From NCBI GenBank assembly GCA_963700145.1, contig OY969474.1, forward strand, positions 1,024,001 to 1,088,000: 64,000 bases of DNA. Direction: 5' to 3'. The notes beneath the pieces were generated by a model. The model did no database searches, was not told where the DNA came from, and saw only the letters and a program-made list of their open reading frames with translations. Below are positions 19,078 through 30,776 of the stretch, in pieces (positions within the stretch are counted from its first letter, which is position 1; each line of letters opens with the position of its first letter). The DNA comes from an uncultured Acidobacteriota bacterium. Lineage in GTDB: Bacteria > Acidobacteriota > Thermoanaerobaculia > Multivoradales > UBA5704. A program made the position numbers and the translations under genes.

Positions 19078-20994
19078 TCACACCCTGAACTGCAGGTCGT
19101 ACAGCCGCTTGTACCGCCCGCCGAGGGCCAGCAGCTCGTCGTGCGAGCCCTCCTCGACGATCCGCCCGCCGTCCATCACCACGATGCGGTCGGCCCGCAT
19201 CACCGTCGACAGGCGGTGGGCGATGACCAGCGTCGTCCGCCCCTGCATCAGGTTGTAGAGCGCCTTCTGCACCAGCGCCTCGGACTGGCTGTCGAGCTGC
19301 GAGGTGGCCTCGTCGAGGATCAGGATCGGCGCGTTCTTGAGCAGCGCGCGGGCGATCGCCAGGCGCTGCCGCTGGCCGCCCGAGAGGCGCAAACCGCCCT
19401 CGCCGATCACCGTGTCGTAGCCCTGCTCCATCTCCATGATGAACTCGTCGGCGTAGGCGGCGGCCGCCGCCTCGCGCACGCGCTCCAACGGCAGGTCGGA
19501 GCGGCCGTAGGCAATGTTGTTGCGCACGGTGTCGTTGAACAGCACCGTCTCCTGCGTCACCAGGCCGATCAGCGAGCGCAGGCTGCGGAGCTTGAGGTCG
19601 CGGATGTCGATGCCGTCGATCGTCACCCGGCCTTCGTCGGGATCGAAGAAGCGCGGCAGGAGGTTGACGAGGGTCGACTTCCCCGCCCCCGAATGGCCGA
19701 CCAAGGCCACGATCTCGCCGGCGCGGATCGGCAGCTCGACGTCTTGCAGCACCGGCGTCCGCTCGTAACCGAAGGAGACCCCTTCGTAATGCACCCCGTC
19801 GCGCACCGTGTCGAGGGTGCGGGCGCCGGGGCGCTCGGCGACCTCGTTGGGGATCGCCAGCAGGCGCGAGACGCGCTCGCCGGCGGCGGTCGCCTCCTGG
19901 AGGATCAGGTTCACCTTGTTCAGCTTGCGGATCGGGTCGTACATCATCAGCATGGTGGTCAGGAACTTGATCAGCTCGGGGGCGGTGAGGCTGCCGGCGC
20001 GGATGCTCTGCCCCGCCCAGATCAGCAGCGCCGCCGCCCCCAGGACCGCCAGCGACTCCACCACCGGCCCCGAGGCGTGCGACAGCATCTGCGCCCAGAG
20101 GTTGGCGCGCAGGTGGCGGCGGGTGGCGTGGCCGAAGCGCACCGCCTCGAACTCCTCCATGCCGAAGGCCTTGACCACGCGGTGGCCGCGCACCCCTTCG
20201 GTGAGCAGGCTCGCCAGGTCGGCCATCCGCTCCTGGCTGCGGTGGGTGGTGCGGCGCAGGCCGCGGCCGAAGCGCACGATCGGCACCAGCAGCACCGGCG
20301 CCGCCACCAAGGCGAAGAGGGCGAGCCGGAAGTGCGTCGAGAGCAAGAGGCCGAGCAGGAAGACCAGGGTGATCGACTGCTGGAAGAGGTCGAGCAGGCG
20401 GTTGGAGACCGCGTTCTGCATGATCGCCACGTCGTTGATCACCCGCGCCACCAGCTCGCCGGAGGGGTGCGCGGCGTGGAAGCGGCTCGACTGGTCGAGG
20501 ATGCGGCGGTAGAGGTCGTTGCGGATGTCGGTGGTGATCCCCAGGCCGATGTGCTGGAAGGCGTAGCCGGAGAGGAAGTCGGCGAGGCTGCGCAGCAGGA
20601 AGATGGCGACCAGCAGCAGCGGCACGAACCAGACCACGTCGTCGCCCTCGATCCCCAGCCGCCGCTTGAGCGAGGCGTAGGTGTCGTCGATCTGGTCGGC
20701 GAAGTCGAAGCGCTTGCGCAGGTCGGCCAGCAGGTCGGCCTCCGGCGCCGCGGCCGGTGTCGCGGATGGCGGCGCGGCGCCCGGTGCGGCGCCCGCCGAC
20801 GGCTCGGGCTGCGCGCCGCCGCCGAGGAGTGACGGCGCCTGATCGCCGGCGAGCAGCACCTCGCCGAAGACCGGCTCGATCAGCGCCACGAGACCCGCGG
20901 TGGCGACCGCGAAGACGAGGATCGAGACCGCGGCGAGGAGCGCCCAGCCGGTGTAGCGGCGGAGGTAGCGGAGGAAGAAGGAGGTGACCGTCAT
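19078..20994 (-). CDS. msbA: MsbA-like lipid A ABC exporter
   Basis: TM domain plus GHSGAGKST, LSGGQRQR, ILDEATS; adjacent to lpxB. Confidence 0.85.
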   Translation of the reverse strand: MTVTSFFLRYLRRYTGWALLAAVSILVFAVATAGLVALIEPVFGEVLLAGDQAPSLLGGGAQPEPSAGAAPGAAPPSATPAAAPEADLLADLRKRFDFADQIDDTYASLKRRLGIEGDDVVWFVPLLLVAIFLLRSLADFLSGYAFQHIGLGITTDIRNDLYRRILDQSSRFHAAHPSGELVARVINDVAIMQNAVSNRLLDLFQQSITLVFLLGLLLSTHFRLALFALVAAPVLLVPIVRFGRGLRRTTHRSQERMADLASLLTEGVRGHRVVKAFGMEEFEAVRFGHATRRHLRANLWAQMLSHASGPVVESLAVLGAAALLIWAGQSIRAGSLTAPELIKFLTTMLMMYDPIRKLNKVNLILQEATAAGERVSRLLAIPNEVAERPGARTLDTVRDGVHYEGVSFGYERTPVLQDVELPIRAGEIVALVGHSGAGKSTLVNLLPRFFDPDEGRVTIDGIDIRDLKLRSLRSLIGLVTQETVLFNDTVRNNIAYGRSDLPLERVREAAAAAYADEFIMEMEQGYDTVIGEGGLRLSGGQRQRLAIARALLKNAPILILDEATSQLDSQSEALVQKALYNLMQGRTTLVIAHRLSTVMRADRIVVMDGGRIVEEGSHDELLALGGRYKRLYDLQFRV

Positions 20995-22196
20995 GAGGCC
21001 ACCTCCGGCGCCGCCGCCTCCTGCGGCCAGGTCACCGTGCCCGGCGGCGTGGGCAGGAGGCCGGTGCGCACCAGCGCCGCCACCACCTCCTCCGCCGCCC
21101 GCTCGGTCGCGCCCCCTTCGCCCAGGCACCCGCGCAGCTCGGCGAGCCCCTGCCGCATCGCCGCCACCGCCGCCGGGTCGCGGAGCAGCCGCGCCGCCTC
21201 GCGCGCCACCCGCGCCGGCGCGGTCTGGCGCTGGATCAGCTCCGGCACCACCTTCCGCCCGAGCACCAGGTTGACCAGGCTCACCCAGGGCAGGCGCACC
21301 AGGAGCCGGCCGAGCAGGTAGGAGGCGAGCTGGAGGTGGTAGAGGACGACGAGCGGCGTGCCCAGGAGCCCCACCTCGAGCGTCGCGGTGCCGGAGGCGC
21401 AGAGCGCCAGGTGAGAGCCGGCGACCGCGGCGAAGCGGTCCTCGGCGACGATCCGCACCGGCAGCCCGGAGAGGGCGATCTCCTCTTCCAAGAGCTCGCG
21501 CGGGATGGTCGGGGCCTGGATCAGCCGCGCCTCGACGGGCAGCTCGCGCGCCAGCAGGCGCACCGCCTCGAGCATCCGCGGCAGCAGCGGCTCCACCTCG
21601 CTCGGGCGCGAGCCGGGCAGCAGCGCGATGCGGTACGGCGCCCCCGCCGGCGGCGGCCCCTCGTCCCAGGCCTGCGGTAGCCGCGGCACCTCGTCCACCA
21701 GCGGGTGGCCGACGTGCCGGACCGTCACCCCGGCGCCGCGGTAGAACTCCGCCTCGAAGGGGAAGAGCACCAGCATCTCGTCGACCCGCTCGGCGATCGT
21801 CTCCACCCGCCGCCGCCGCCAGGCCCAGACCTGCGGGCTGACGTAGTAGACGACGTGCACGCCGCGCCGCTTGAGCTCGCGCGCCAGGCGCAGGTTGAAC
21901 TCGGGGAAGTCGATCAGCACCGCCGCCCGCGCCCGCCGCCGCTCCACCTCGGCGAGCAGCGCGGCGAAGACCTGCCGCGCCCGCGGCAGCACCTTGAGCA
22001 CCTCGGCGATCCCCACCACCGCCACCTCGCGGCTGTGCGCCACGGCCGCCAGGCCCGCGGCGCGCATCTCGTCGCCGCCCAGGCCGAACGGGCGCAGCCC
22101 CGGCACCAGCCGGCGCAGCGCGGCGAGGAGCCGCCCGCCGTGCAGGTCGCCGGAGGCCTCGCCGGCGACCAGCAGCAAGTCGACGCCGCGGTCCAC
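20991..22196 (-). CDS. lpxB: Lipid-A-disaccharide synthase
   Basis: AGEASGDLHG, IDFPEFN, YVSPQVWAWR, LLPGSR, SGTATLE. Confidence 0.95.
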   Translation of the reverse strand: MDRGVDLLLVAGEASGDLHGGRLLAALRRLVPGLRPFGLGGDEMRAAGLAAVAHSREVAVVGIAEVLKVLPRARQVFAALLAEVERRRARAAVLIDFPEFNLRLARELKRRGVHVVYYVSPQVWAWRRRRVETIAERVDEMLVLFPFEAEFYRGAGVTVRHVGHPLVDEVPRLPQAWDEGPPPAGAPYRIALLPGSRPSEVEPLLPRMLEAVRLLARELPVEARLIQAPTIPRELLEEEIALSGLPVRIVAEDRFAAVAGSHLALCASGTATLEVGLLGTPLVVLYHLQLASYLLGRLLVRLPWVSLVNLVLGRKVVPELIQRQTAPARVAREAARLLRDPAAVAAMRQGLAELRGCLGEGGATERAAEEVVAALVRTGLLPTPPGTVTWPQEAAAPEVAS

Positions 22197-22204
22197 CGCG
22201 GGGC

Positions 22205-22399
22205 TCAGGGGATCGGGGCGGGCGGCCCCGGCGGGAAGGGGTACATCAGCCAGGCCAGGGCCAGCCCGCCCCCCACCATGCCGATGAACATCTGGAGGAA
22301 GAGCTTGATCCGCTCGCCGCGCTCGCGCCGCCAGAGCAGGGCGAAGAAGAGACTGACGATCAGGGCGTAGGCGACCATCAGGGCGAAGTGGCTGAGCAT
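22205..22399 (-). CDS. Small two-TM hypothetical protein
   Basis: Two hydrophobic helices; in-operon position. Confidence 0.6.
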   Translation of the reverse strand: MLSHFALMVAYALIVSLFFALLWRRERGERIKLFLQMFIGMVGGGLALAWLMYPFPPGPPAPIP

Positions 22400-22411
22400 T
22401 ACGGTGGGCCC

Positions 22412-22831
22412 TCAGTCCTTCTTGCCCAGGGCGATGTCCCAGGCGTCGAGCACCAGCAGGAGGTTCATCAGGCCGGCGGTCAGGATGAAGGCGGTGCCGT
22501 ACTCGTAGCCGGGGGCGATCACCTCGCCGGTGTAGCCCGCGAGATACCGGAGCAGGAAGTAGGGCAGCCCCATGCCCATGGAGCCCAGCGTCGCCAGGTA
22601 GGAAAGCGGCTGGCCGGGTAGCGGCCGGTAGAGGTTGCCGTGGAGCGCCACGCCGAGGGCCAGCGAGGCCGCCACCAGGCCGAGGAAGGCGAGCGCCCGT
22701 CCCCGCCGTCCCAGGTACCAGTGCCCGGCCCCGGGCACCAGCCAGGCGACGACCGCCGCCACCCAGGGGTTGCCCACCGGCGCCGCCTGCTCCTCGGGAG
22801 CGGCCTGCGCCTCACGCGTCGGTTCGGCCAC
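22412..22831 (-). CDS. Membrane protein (DUF6677-like)
   Basis: AWLVPGAGHWY and EYGTAFILTAGLMNLLLVLDA. Confidence 0.7.
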   Translation of the reverse strand: MAEPTREAQAAPEEQAAPVGNPWVAAVVAWLVPGAGHWYLGRRGRALAFLGLVAASLALGVALHGNLYRPLPGQPLSYLATLGSMGMGLPYFLLRYLAGYTGEVIAPGYEYGTAFILTAGLMNLLLVLDAWDIALGKKD

Positions 22832-23324
22832 GCGCCTCCTCCCGCAAGAACAGCTCCCGCAGCCGCGCCCGCGCCGCGCCCAGGTCCTCGGGCACCACGC
22901 GCACGCCGGCCACGACGCTCATGAAGTTGGTGTCTCCGGCCCAGCGCGGGACGACGTGGACGTGGAAGTGCCCAGGCACCCCGGCGCCGGCCGGCTCGCC
23001 CAGGTTCATCCCCAGGTTGAAGCCGTCGGGCGAGTAGGCGGCCGCGAGCGTCCTGTGCGCCGCCAGCACCACCGGCCAGAGCTCGGCCCGCGCCGCGGCG
23101 TCGCTCTCCTGCGGCGAGGCGACGTGGGCGAGCGGCGCCACCATCAGATGCCCGCTGGCGTAGGGGTGGCGGTTCAGCATGACCAGGTGGTGGCCGGCGG
23201 TCCAGACGACCAGCGACTCGGGGTCGTCCGGGCGGCGCGCCGCGGCGCAGAAGAAGCACTCCGCGGCGGCCTCCTTGGACTGCGTGATGTAGCTGTGCCT
23301 CCAGGGCGCGAAGAGCGTCTGCAT
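22812..23324 (-). CDS. HIT-family hydrolase (Ap4A phosphorylase-like)
   Basis: LFAPWR, CFFC, GFNLGMNLG, HFHVHVVPRW. Confidence 0.9.
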   Translation of the reverse strand: MQTLFAPWRHSYITQSKEAAAECFFCAAARRPDDPESLVVWTAGHHLVMLNRHPYASGHLMVAPLAHVASPQESDAAARAELWPVVLAAHRTLAAAYSPDGFNLGMNLGEPAGAGVPGHFHVHVVPRWAGDTNFMSVVAGVRVVPEDLGAARARLRELFLREEARGRTDA

Positions 23325-23343
23325 CGGGGGCGGCGGGACCGCC

Positions 23344-23658
23344 TCAGCACTCGTCGTTGAGCAGCTCCCGCAGCTCCTTGCCGGGCTTGAAGTAGGGGAT
23401 CCGCTTGGGCGGCACCTTGACCTTGTCGCCGGTCTTGGGGTTGCGCCCGGTGCGCGCGCCGCGGTGGCGGATGCGGAAGCTGCCGAAGCCGCGCAGCTCG
23501 ATCTTCTCCCCGGCCTTGAGCGACTTCACGATGCTGTCGAAGACCTCGTTGACGATGATCTCCGCGTGCTTCTTGGTGAGCTGGGTGGTGCGGGCGACTT
23601 CCTCGACCAGCTCGGCCTTCGTCATGCCGTCTTTGATCGCCGTCATCGTCTCCCCCAT
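23344..23658 (-). CDS. ihfB: Integration host factor beta / HU family
   Basis: MTKAEL, IELRGFGSF, GRNPKTG, PYFKPGKELR; downstream of rpsA. Confidence 0.85.
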   Translation of the reverse strand: MGETMTAIKDGMTKAELVEEVARTTQLTKKHAEIIVNEVFDSIVKSLKAGEKIELRGFGSFRIRHRGARTGRNPKTGDKVKVPPKRIPYFKPGKELRELLNDEC

Positions 23659-23668
23659 TCGCGCAAGA

Positions 23669-25498
<1,830 letters not shown>

Positions 25499-25603
25499 AA
25501 AACGGAAATCCTCCTGGCGTTTGGATTCAGGCCCACGGCCTGTGCTCCCGCGGTCGCGGGAGGGACGAGTTCTGGCTAACTCCTTGAGAACTCGGAAATT
25601 CGG

Positions 25604-25632
25604 AGTATAGGGAGGGGCCGCTGGCGAGTCAA
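25604..25632 (-). promoter_or_regulatory. Sigma70-type promoter for rpsA
   Basis: Minus strand TTGACT-N17-TATACT, about 105 bp upstream of the ATG. Confidence 0.75.
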
Positions 25633-25636
25633 CCCG

Positions 25637-26701
25637 CTAGCGATCAGCACCGGCTCCGCAGCGCTCCAGCGCCCAGGCGGCGTGGGAGCGGACGACGGGG
25701 TCGTCGTCGCCGAGCGCCTCCGTCAGGGCCGGGGCGTAGCGCGCGTCGCCGCGGTTGCCCATGGCGACGGCGGCGTTGCGGCGCAGGCCCTCGTACTTCG
25801 CGCGCTTCATCGGGCTGCCGCGGAAGCGCGTCACGTACTCCTCCCGCGAGAGGCGCAGGAGGCCGGCGAGGTCCAGCTCCGCGCGCTCCGGCGGCAGCCG
25901 CAGCTCGGGGTGGTCGGCGCCGGCCGGGGCGGCGTTCCAGGGGCAGGCCTCTTGGCAGAGGTCGCAGCCGAAGACCCACTCCCCCACCAGCACGCGCGCC
26001 GCCTCCGGCAGCGGCCCGCGGTGCTCGATCGTCCAGTAGCTGATGCAGCGGTCGCTCACCAGGCGGTAGGGCTCGGGCAGAGCGCCGGTCGGGCAGGCCT
26101 CCAGGCAGCGGGTGCAGCTGCCGCAGAGGTCGGCGAGCGGCGCGTCGGGAGCGAGGTCGAGAGTGGTGAACAGCTCCCCGAGCAGGAACCAGGAGCCCGC
26201 CTCCGGGTGCAGCAGGTTCGTGTGCTTGCCGACGGCGCCCAGCCCGGCGCGGCCGGCCAGCTCGCGCTCCAGGACCGGGCCGGTGTCGACGTACGGGCGG
26301 GTGGCGCTGCCGGGGAACGCGTCGGCGACGCGCGCCGCGAGCCGGCGGAGGCCCGCGGTCATCAGGTCGTGGTAATCGACGCCGCGGGCGTAGCGGGCGA
26401 CCCACGGCCAGAGGTCCGAGCGCTCGGGGCCGGGCGGGTCGTCCTCCCCGACAAGCGGGTGGTACTGGAGCGCTACGCAGAGGACGCTCCGCGCCCCCGG
26501 CAGGACCGTCGCCGGATCGAGCCGCGCCTCCACCCGCCGCTCCAGGTACCCCATCCCCGCCTGGTCGCCCCGCGCCAACCAGCGCAGGAACGCCTCCCCA
26601 TGCTCCGGCGCCTCCAGCGCCGCCACCCCGACCCGGTCGAAACCCTCCTCCAGGGCCCACGACTTCAGCAGCTCGGCCCGCGATCCCGAGTCCTCTTCCA
26701 C
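25637..26701 (-). CDS. queG: Epoxyqueuosine reductase
   Basis: ARYARGVDYH, VDTGPVLER, CGSCTRCLEACPT, CISYWTIE, GCDLCQEACPWN. Confidence 0.95.
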   Translation of the reverse strand: MEEDSGSRAELLKSWALEEGFDRVGVAALEAPEHGEAFLRWLARGDQAGMGYLERRVEARLDPATVLPGARSVLCVALQYHPLVGEDDPPGPERSDLWPWVARYARGVDYHDLMTAGLRRLAARVADAFPGSATRPYVDTGPVLERELAGRAGLGAVGKHTNLLHPEAGSWFLLGELFTTLDLAPDAPLADLCGSCTRCLEACPTGALPEPYRLVSDRCISYWTIEHRGPLPEAARVLVGEWVFGCDLCQEACPWNAAPAGADHPELRLPPERAELDLAGLLRLSREEYVTRFRGSPMKRAKYEGLRRNAAVAMGNRGDARYAPALTEALGDDDPVVRSHAAWALERCGAGADR

Positions 26702-26728
26702 GAAGTTAGCTTACCGGGTACCACGGTA

Positions 26729-26892
26729 GCCCTCCGGCGTGCGCTCCCCGGAGGCATGTCTGAGCGAGCGCCTGGCAAGCCCTTCGGCAGGCCTCAAGCG
26801 CGCTGGCGCGACGCGAAGCCAAGGCGCGCGACTCAGATCAGGAGTCCTCCCACTCGCGCGCCGGTGCCTCCGGGGAGCGCACGCCGGAGGGC
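26729..26892. repeat. 164-bp palindromic element (MITE-like or structured RNA), copy A
   Basis: Perfect 28-bp inverted repeats at 26729-26756 and 26865-26892; interior homologous to the 30777-30938 element. Confidence 0.75.
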
Positions 26893-26905
26893 GGTGCATC
26901 ACGCA

Positions 26906-28120
26906 TCACCCTCCACTCTCTTCCGGCGGCTTGAGCCCCCGGAACGACCGATACAGGAGCAGGTCGTAGACGATCTTGATCCCGGCGCCGGCCAGGAGCG
27001 GTGCCGCGAGCCCCAGGCCCTGCATCGCCCACCCCCCTAAGCTCGGCCCGAGCGCCCACATCGCCAGGCGCACCAGGTTCGTCACCCCCGAGGCGGTCGT
27101 CCGCTCCTCCGGCCGTACCATCGCCATGACGTACGACTGCCGGGTCGGCACGTCCATCTCGACCAGCGCCTCGCGCAGCAGGAAGAGTGCCGCCGCCAGC
27201 GGGAAGGTCGGTACGAAAGCGACCGCCACCAGCAGCAGGCTCGCCGGGATGTGGGTGAAGACCATCGTGTTGACCAGGCCGACACGGCGCGCCAGCCAGG
27301 CGGCGCCGAAGTTGGAGAGGAGGTTGGCGACGCGGGCGGCGAAGAAGAGCCCCGAGAGCGCCGCCACGCCGACGCCGAAGCGCTCGAAGAAGAAGTAGGA
27401 GAGGAGGGTCGTCAAGAGCAGGCCGCCGCCGAGGCCGTCGAGCGCGAAGAGCAGGCTGATGCGGGTCAGGATGCGCCGGCTCTCCGGCGTGAGCCGAGCG
27501 GGCTGCGGCGGCGCGGCCTCCGCGGCCCGAGCCGCCCGCGCCGGCAGCCCGAGGTAGCAGAGCCCCGAGAGCAGCAGCAGGAGCGCGTAGAGCCCAAAGC
27601 AGAGCCGCAGGCTCGCCGTCATCGACAGCGCCGTCGCCGCGACCAGCAGCGCCGGCAGCCCCGCCGCCAGGCTCCCCAGCGAGTGCCCGCAGTCCTGAAG
27701 CGCGGTGTACCAGGCGAAGGCGGCGGTCCGCCGCGCCGGCGTCGTGGTGGCCGGCAGGAGCGCCTGCTCGAGGATCGCCGAGGGCCCGCGGTCCCGCCCC
27801 ATGCCGTTGACCATGCCGAGGAAGGCGACCGCGGCGAGCGCCAGCGGCTGCTCGACCAGCGCCAGGAGCGCGCCGCCCGCGGCGGCGAGGAAGGCGAGGG
27901 CGAGGAGCGCGCCGCGCCCCGCCATCCGCGCGCCGCGCAGCGTGACGACCAGCGCCCCGGCCGCGGCCCCGGCCAGCCCCGCGCCGGCCACCGCCCCCAC
28001 CTGCCCCGGAGAGAGCCCGCGGTCGGCGAGGTAGATGCCGAGCAGCACCCCGGCCATGCCGGTGGCGAGGGCGCGCAGGAACGCGGCGCCGAGGAGGAGC
28101 TTTCGCGCCACGCCGCCCAT
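26906..28120 (-). CDS. MFS transporter
   Basis: Multiple TMs; GLVNTMVFTHIP and EMDVPTRQSYVMA. Confidence 0.85.
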   Translation of the reverse strand: MGGVARKLLLGAAFLRALATGMAGVLLGIYLADRGLSPGQVGAVAGAGLAGAAAGALVVTLRGARMAGRGALLALAFLAAAGGALLALVEQPLALAAVAFLGMVNGMGRDRGPSAILEQALLPATTTPARRTAAFAWYTALQDCGHSLGSLAAGLPALLVAATALSMTASLRLCFGLYALLLLLSGLCYLGLPARAARAAEAAPPQPARLTPESRRILTRISLLFALDGLGGGLLLTTLLSYFFFERFGVGVAALSGLFFAARVANLLSNFGAAWLARRVGLVNTMVFTHIPASLLLVAVAFVPTFPLAAALFLLREALVEMDVPTRQSYVMAMVRPEERTTASGVTNLVRLAMWALGPSLGGWAMQGLGLAAPLLAGAGIKIVYDLLLYRSFRGLKPPEESGG

Positions 28121-28172
28121 CGCCGGCGGACCCTAGCGCAGTCCAATAGACTCTTCGGACGGAGGTGAGGCG

Positions 28173-28643
28173 ATGAGCGACTGGGTCGAGGAAGGCGAGA
28201 CGGCGCCGGACTTCACGCTGCGTGCCGACGACGGCGGCGAGGTGACGCTCTCGGCGCTGCGCGGCAAGCCGGTGGTCCTCTACTTCTACCCCAAGGACGA
28301 CACCTCCGGCTGCACCAAGGAGGCCTGCGCCTTCCGCGACCGGCGCCCCGAGCTCGCGGCGGCCGGCGCCGCCCTCCTCGGCGTCTCGCCGGACGACGTG
28401 GCAAGCCACGTCCGCTTCCGCGACAAGTACAGCCTCAACTTCCCGCTCTTGGCCGACCCCGACCACCGGGTCGCCGAGCGCTACGGCGCCTGGCGCGAGA
28501 AGCACCTCTACGGCAAGACGTCGATGGGCATCCAGCGCTCCACCTTCCTGATCGACCGCGAGGGCAAGGTGCGGAAGGCCTGGAAGCGGGTGAACGTGGA
28601 CGGGCACGACGAGGAGGTGCTCGCGGCCCTCGCCGCGCTTTGA
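28173..28643 (+). CDS. bcp: Thioredoxin-dependent peroxiredoxin Bcp
   Basis: LYFYPKDDTSGCTKEAC, RSTFLID. Confidence 0.93.
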   Translation: MSDWVEEGETAPDFTLRADDGGEVTLSALRGKPVVLYFYPKDDTSGCTKEACAFRDRRPELAAAGAALLGVSPDDVASHVRFRDKYSLNFPLLADPDHRVAERYGAWREKHLYGKTSMGIQRSTFLIDREGKVRKAWKRVNVDGHDEEVLAALAAL

Positions 28644-29482
28644 GCGAGCGCCTCCGCGCCCGCTTGGTATTGCTCGGGTCCACGGCCGTCTGGGGCGCTT
28701 CGTTCGTCCTGGTGCAGCGCGGCATCGAGCGGCTCGAGCCCTTCCACTTCATCGCGCTGCGCTTCACGCTCGCCGCGCTCCTCCTCCTCCCCCTCCTCCG
28801 CCGCGGCTGGAGCCGCGAGCTGGGGCGCGACGGCGTCGTGATCGGCACCGTCCTCTTCGCCGGCTTCGTCCTGCAGACCTACGGCCTGCTCTGGACGACG
28901 CCGTCGCGCTCGGCCTTCCTCACCGGCCTCTCGGTCATCTTCGTCCCGGTCGTGGGCCTCGCCGCCGGCGCCTACCGGCCGCGCTTCGGGCCGATCGCCG
29001 GCACCCTCTGCGCCGCCGCCGGGCTCTGGGTGCTCTACCGGCCGGAGGCGGGGGGCGGGCCCTTCAACCGCGGCGACGCGCTGACGATCGGCTGCGCCGC
29101 CGTCTTCGCGGGGTACGTCGTGCTGGTCGGGCGGGCGGTGCGCCGCCACCCGGCGGCGCCGCTCATCGTCGTCGCGCTCATCGTCGCGGCCGTCCTCTCC
29201 GCACCGTCTCTCGTTCTCGACCCGCCGGCCCGCGCGGACTTCGGCGGCTTCGCCATCCCCGCCGTCCTCATCACCGGCGTCTTCTGCACCGCCCTCGCCT
29301 TCCTCGGCCAGTTCTACGCCCAGCGCCACCTCGACGCCATCGAGACCGGCGTCATCCTCACTCTCGAGCCGGTCTTCGCCGCCGTCACCTCGATCGCCCT
29401 CGGCGCCGAGCGCTGGAGCGCGGCGCTGCTCATCGGCGGCGCCCTGGTCGTCGCCGCCATGCTGCTGACCGAGCTAAAGTAA
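28640..29482 (+). CDS. DMT/EamA family transporter
   Basis: WGASF, LRF, LEPVFA; about 10 TMs. Confidence 0.88.
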   Translation: MSERLRARLVLLGSTAVWGASFVLVQRGIERLEPFHFIALRFTLAALLLLPLLRRGWSRELGRDGVVIGTVLFAGFVLQTYGLLWTTPSRSAFLTGLSVIFVPVVGLAAGAYRPRFGPIAGTLCAAAGLWVLYRPEAGGGPFNRGDALTIGCAAVFAGYVVLVGRAVRRHPAAPLIVVALIVAAVLSAPSLVLDPPARADFGGFAIPAVLITGVFCTALAFLGQFYAQRHLDAIETGVILTLEPVFAAVTSIALGAERWSAALLIGGALVVAAMLLTELK

Positions 29483-29518
29483 AACGGCACGATCCACCGC
29501 GCCGCGAGAGGGGGCCGC

Positions 29519-30619
29519 ATGGAGCTCTTCCGACAACTGGCCGACATGGGGCACGAGCGGGTGCTCTTCTGCTCCAACCCCGACGTCGGCCTGCAGGCGA
29601 TCATCGCGGTGCACTCGACGGTGCTGGGGCCGGGGCTCGGCGGAGTGCGGATGTGGCCCTATGCCTCCTGGGACGAGGCGCTGATCGACGTCCTGCGCCT
29701 GTCGCGCGGCATGACCTACAAGGCGGCCGCCGCCGGCATCAACCTGGGGGGCGGCAAGGCGGTGATCCTCGCCGACCCGAAGCACGACAAGTCGGAGGCC
29801 CTCTTCCGCTCGTTCGGCCAGTACGTGGACTCGCTGGGCGGCCTCTACATCACCGCCGAGGACGTCGGCACCGACACCGAGGACATGGAGCTGATCCTTT
29901 CGGAGACGAGCTGGGTCACCGGCGTTTCGCCGGCCCACGGCGGCGGCGGCGACCCCTCGCCGGTCACCACCTACGGCGTCCTCCAGGGGATGAAGGCGGC
30001 GGCGCAGCGGCGGTGGGGCGAGGCTTCGCTCGCCGGGCGCACGGTGGCGGTGCAGGGGCTGGGGAACGTCGGCTCGCACCTCGCTTCGTACCTGCGGAAG
30101 GAGGGGGCGAAGGTCTTCGGCTCGGACATCGACCCGGAGCGGGTGGCGCGGGCGCGCGACGAGCACGCGGTGGAGCCGGTCGGGGCGGACGAGGTGCTGG
30201 AGGTTGAGTGCGACGTGCTGGCGCCCTGCGCGCTGGGGGCGGTGCTCAACGAGGAGACGATCCCGAAGCTGCGCTGCGCGGTGGTGGCGGGGGGGGCCAA
30301 CAATCAACTGGCGGACGAGGCGCGCGACGGGCGGGCGCTGCACGAGCGGGGGGTTCTCTACGCGCCGGATTTCGTGATCAACGCCGGCGGGCTGATGAAC
30401 GTTTACAACGAGCTGACGGGGTACAACCGCGAGCGGGCGATGCGGATGACGCGGGGCATTTATCTGAATCTGATGCGGGTGTTCGAGATCGCGGGGGCTG
30501 ACGGGATTCCTACGCATGAGGCGGCGGAGAGGGTGGCGGAGGAGCGGATCGCCAAGATCAAGGCGCTGCGGCCGCAGCACTGGGCGCGGACGATGCGCGA
30601 GCGGCGGGCTCGGAGCTAG
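29519..30619 (+). CDS. Glu/Leu/Phe/Val dehydrogenase (leucine dehydrogenase-like)
   Basis: LSRGMTYK, GGGKAV, ITAEDVG, VQGLGNVG, GGANNQL, PDFVINAGG. Confidence 0.92.
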   Translation: MELFRQLADMGHERVLFCSNPDVGLQAIIAVHSTVLGPGLGGVRMWPYASWDEALIDVLRLSRGMTYKAAAAGINLGGGKAVILADPKHDKSEALFRSFGQYVDSLGGLYITAEDVGTDTEDMELILSETSWVTGVSPAHGGGGDPSPVTTYGVLQGMKAAAQRRWGEASLAGRTVAVQGLGNVGSHLASYLRKEGAKVFGSDIDPERVARARDEHAVEPVGADEVLEVECDVLAPCALGAVLNEETIPKLRCAVVAGGANNQLADEARDGRALHERGVLYAPDFVINAGGLMNVYNELTGYNRERAMRMTRGIYLNLMRVFEIAGADGIPTHEAAERVAEERIAKIKALRPQHWARTMRERRARS

Positions 30620-30670
30620 CGACTCCCTCCTGCATGTCGGCCCCCCTATGCATGTCGTCCCCCCATGCAT

Positions 30671-30697
30671 GTCATCCCGAGCGAGAGCGAGGGATCT
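30671..30697. repeat. REP/RPE-like short palindrome
   Basis: GTCATCCCGAGCGAGAGCGAGGGATCT resembles the widespread GTCATCCCGAGCGxAGCGAGGGATCT repeat type. Confidence 0.45.
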
Positions 30698-30776
30698 GGG
30701 CGGGGGGCGGTGCGATGACAGCTCATTCGCGGCACGGACCTTTGCAGAGGCACTGCGGCCAGATTCTGACCCCCCC

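Noticed and set aside
11584-20832. Very long plus-strand ORFs (1269 aa and 1315 aa) and similar Arg/Pro/Gly-rich ORFs throughout the window
   Set aside because: They are antisense or shadow frames of recognisable genes in high-GC DNA and carry no motifs.
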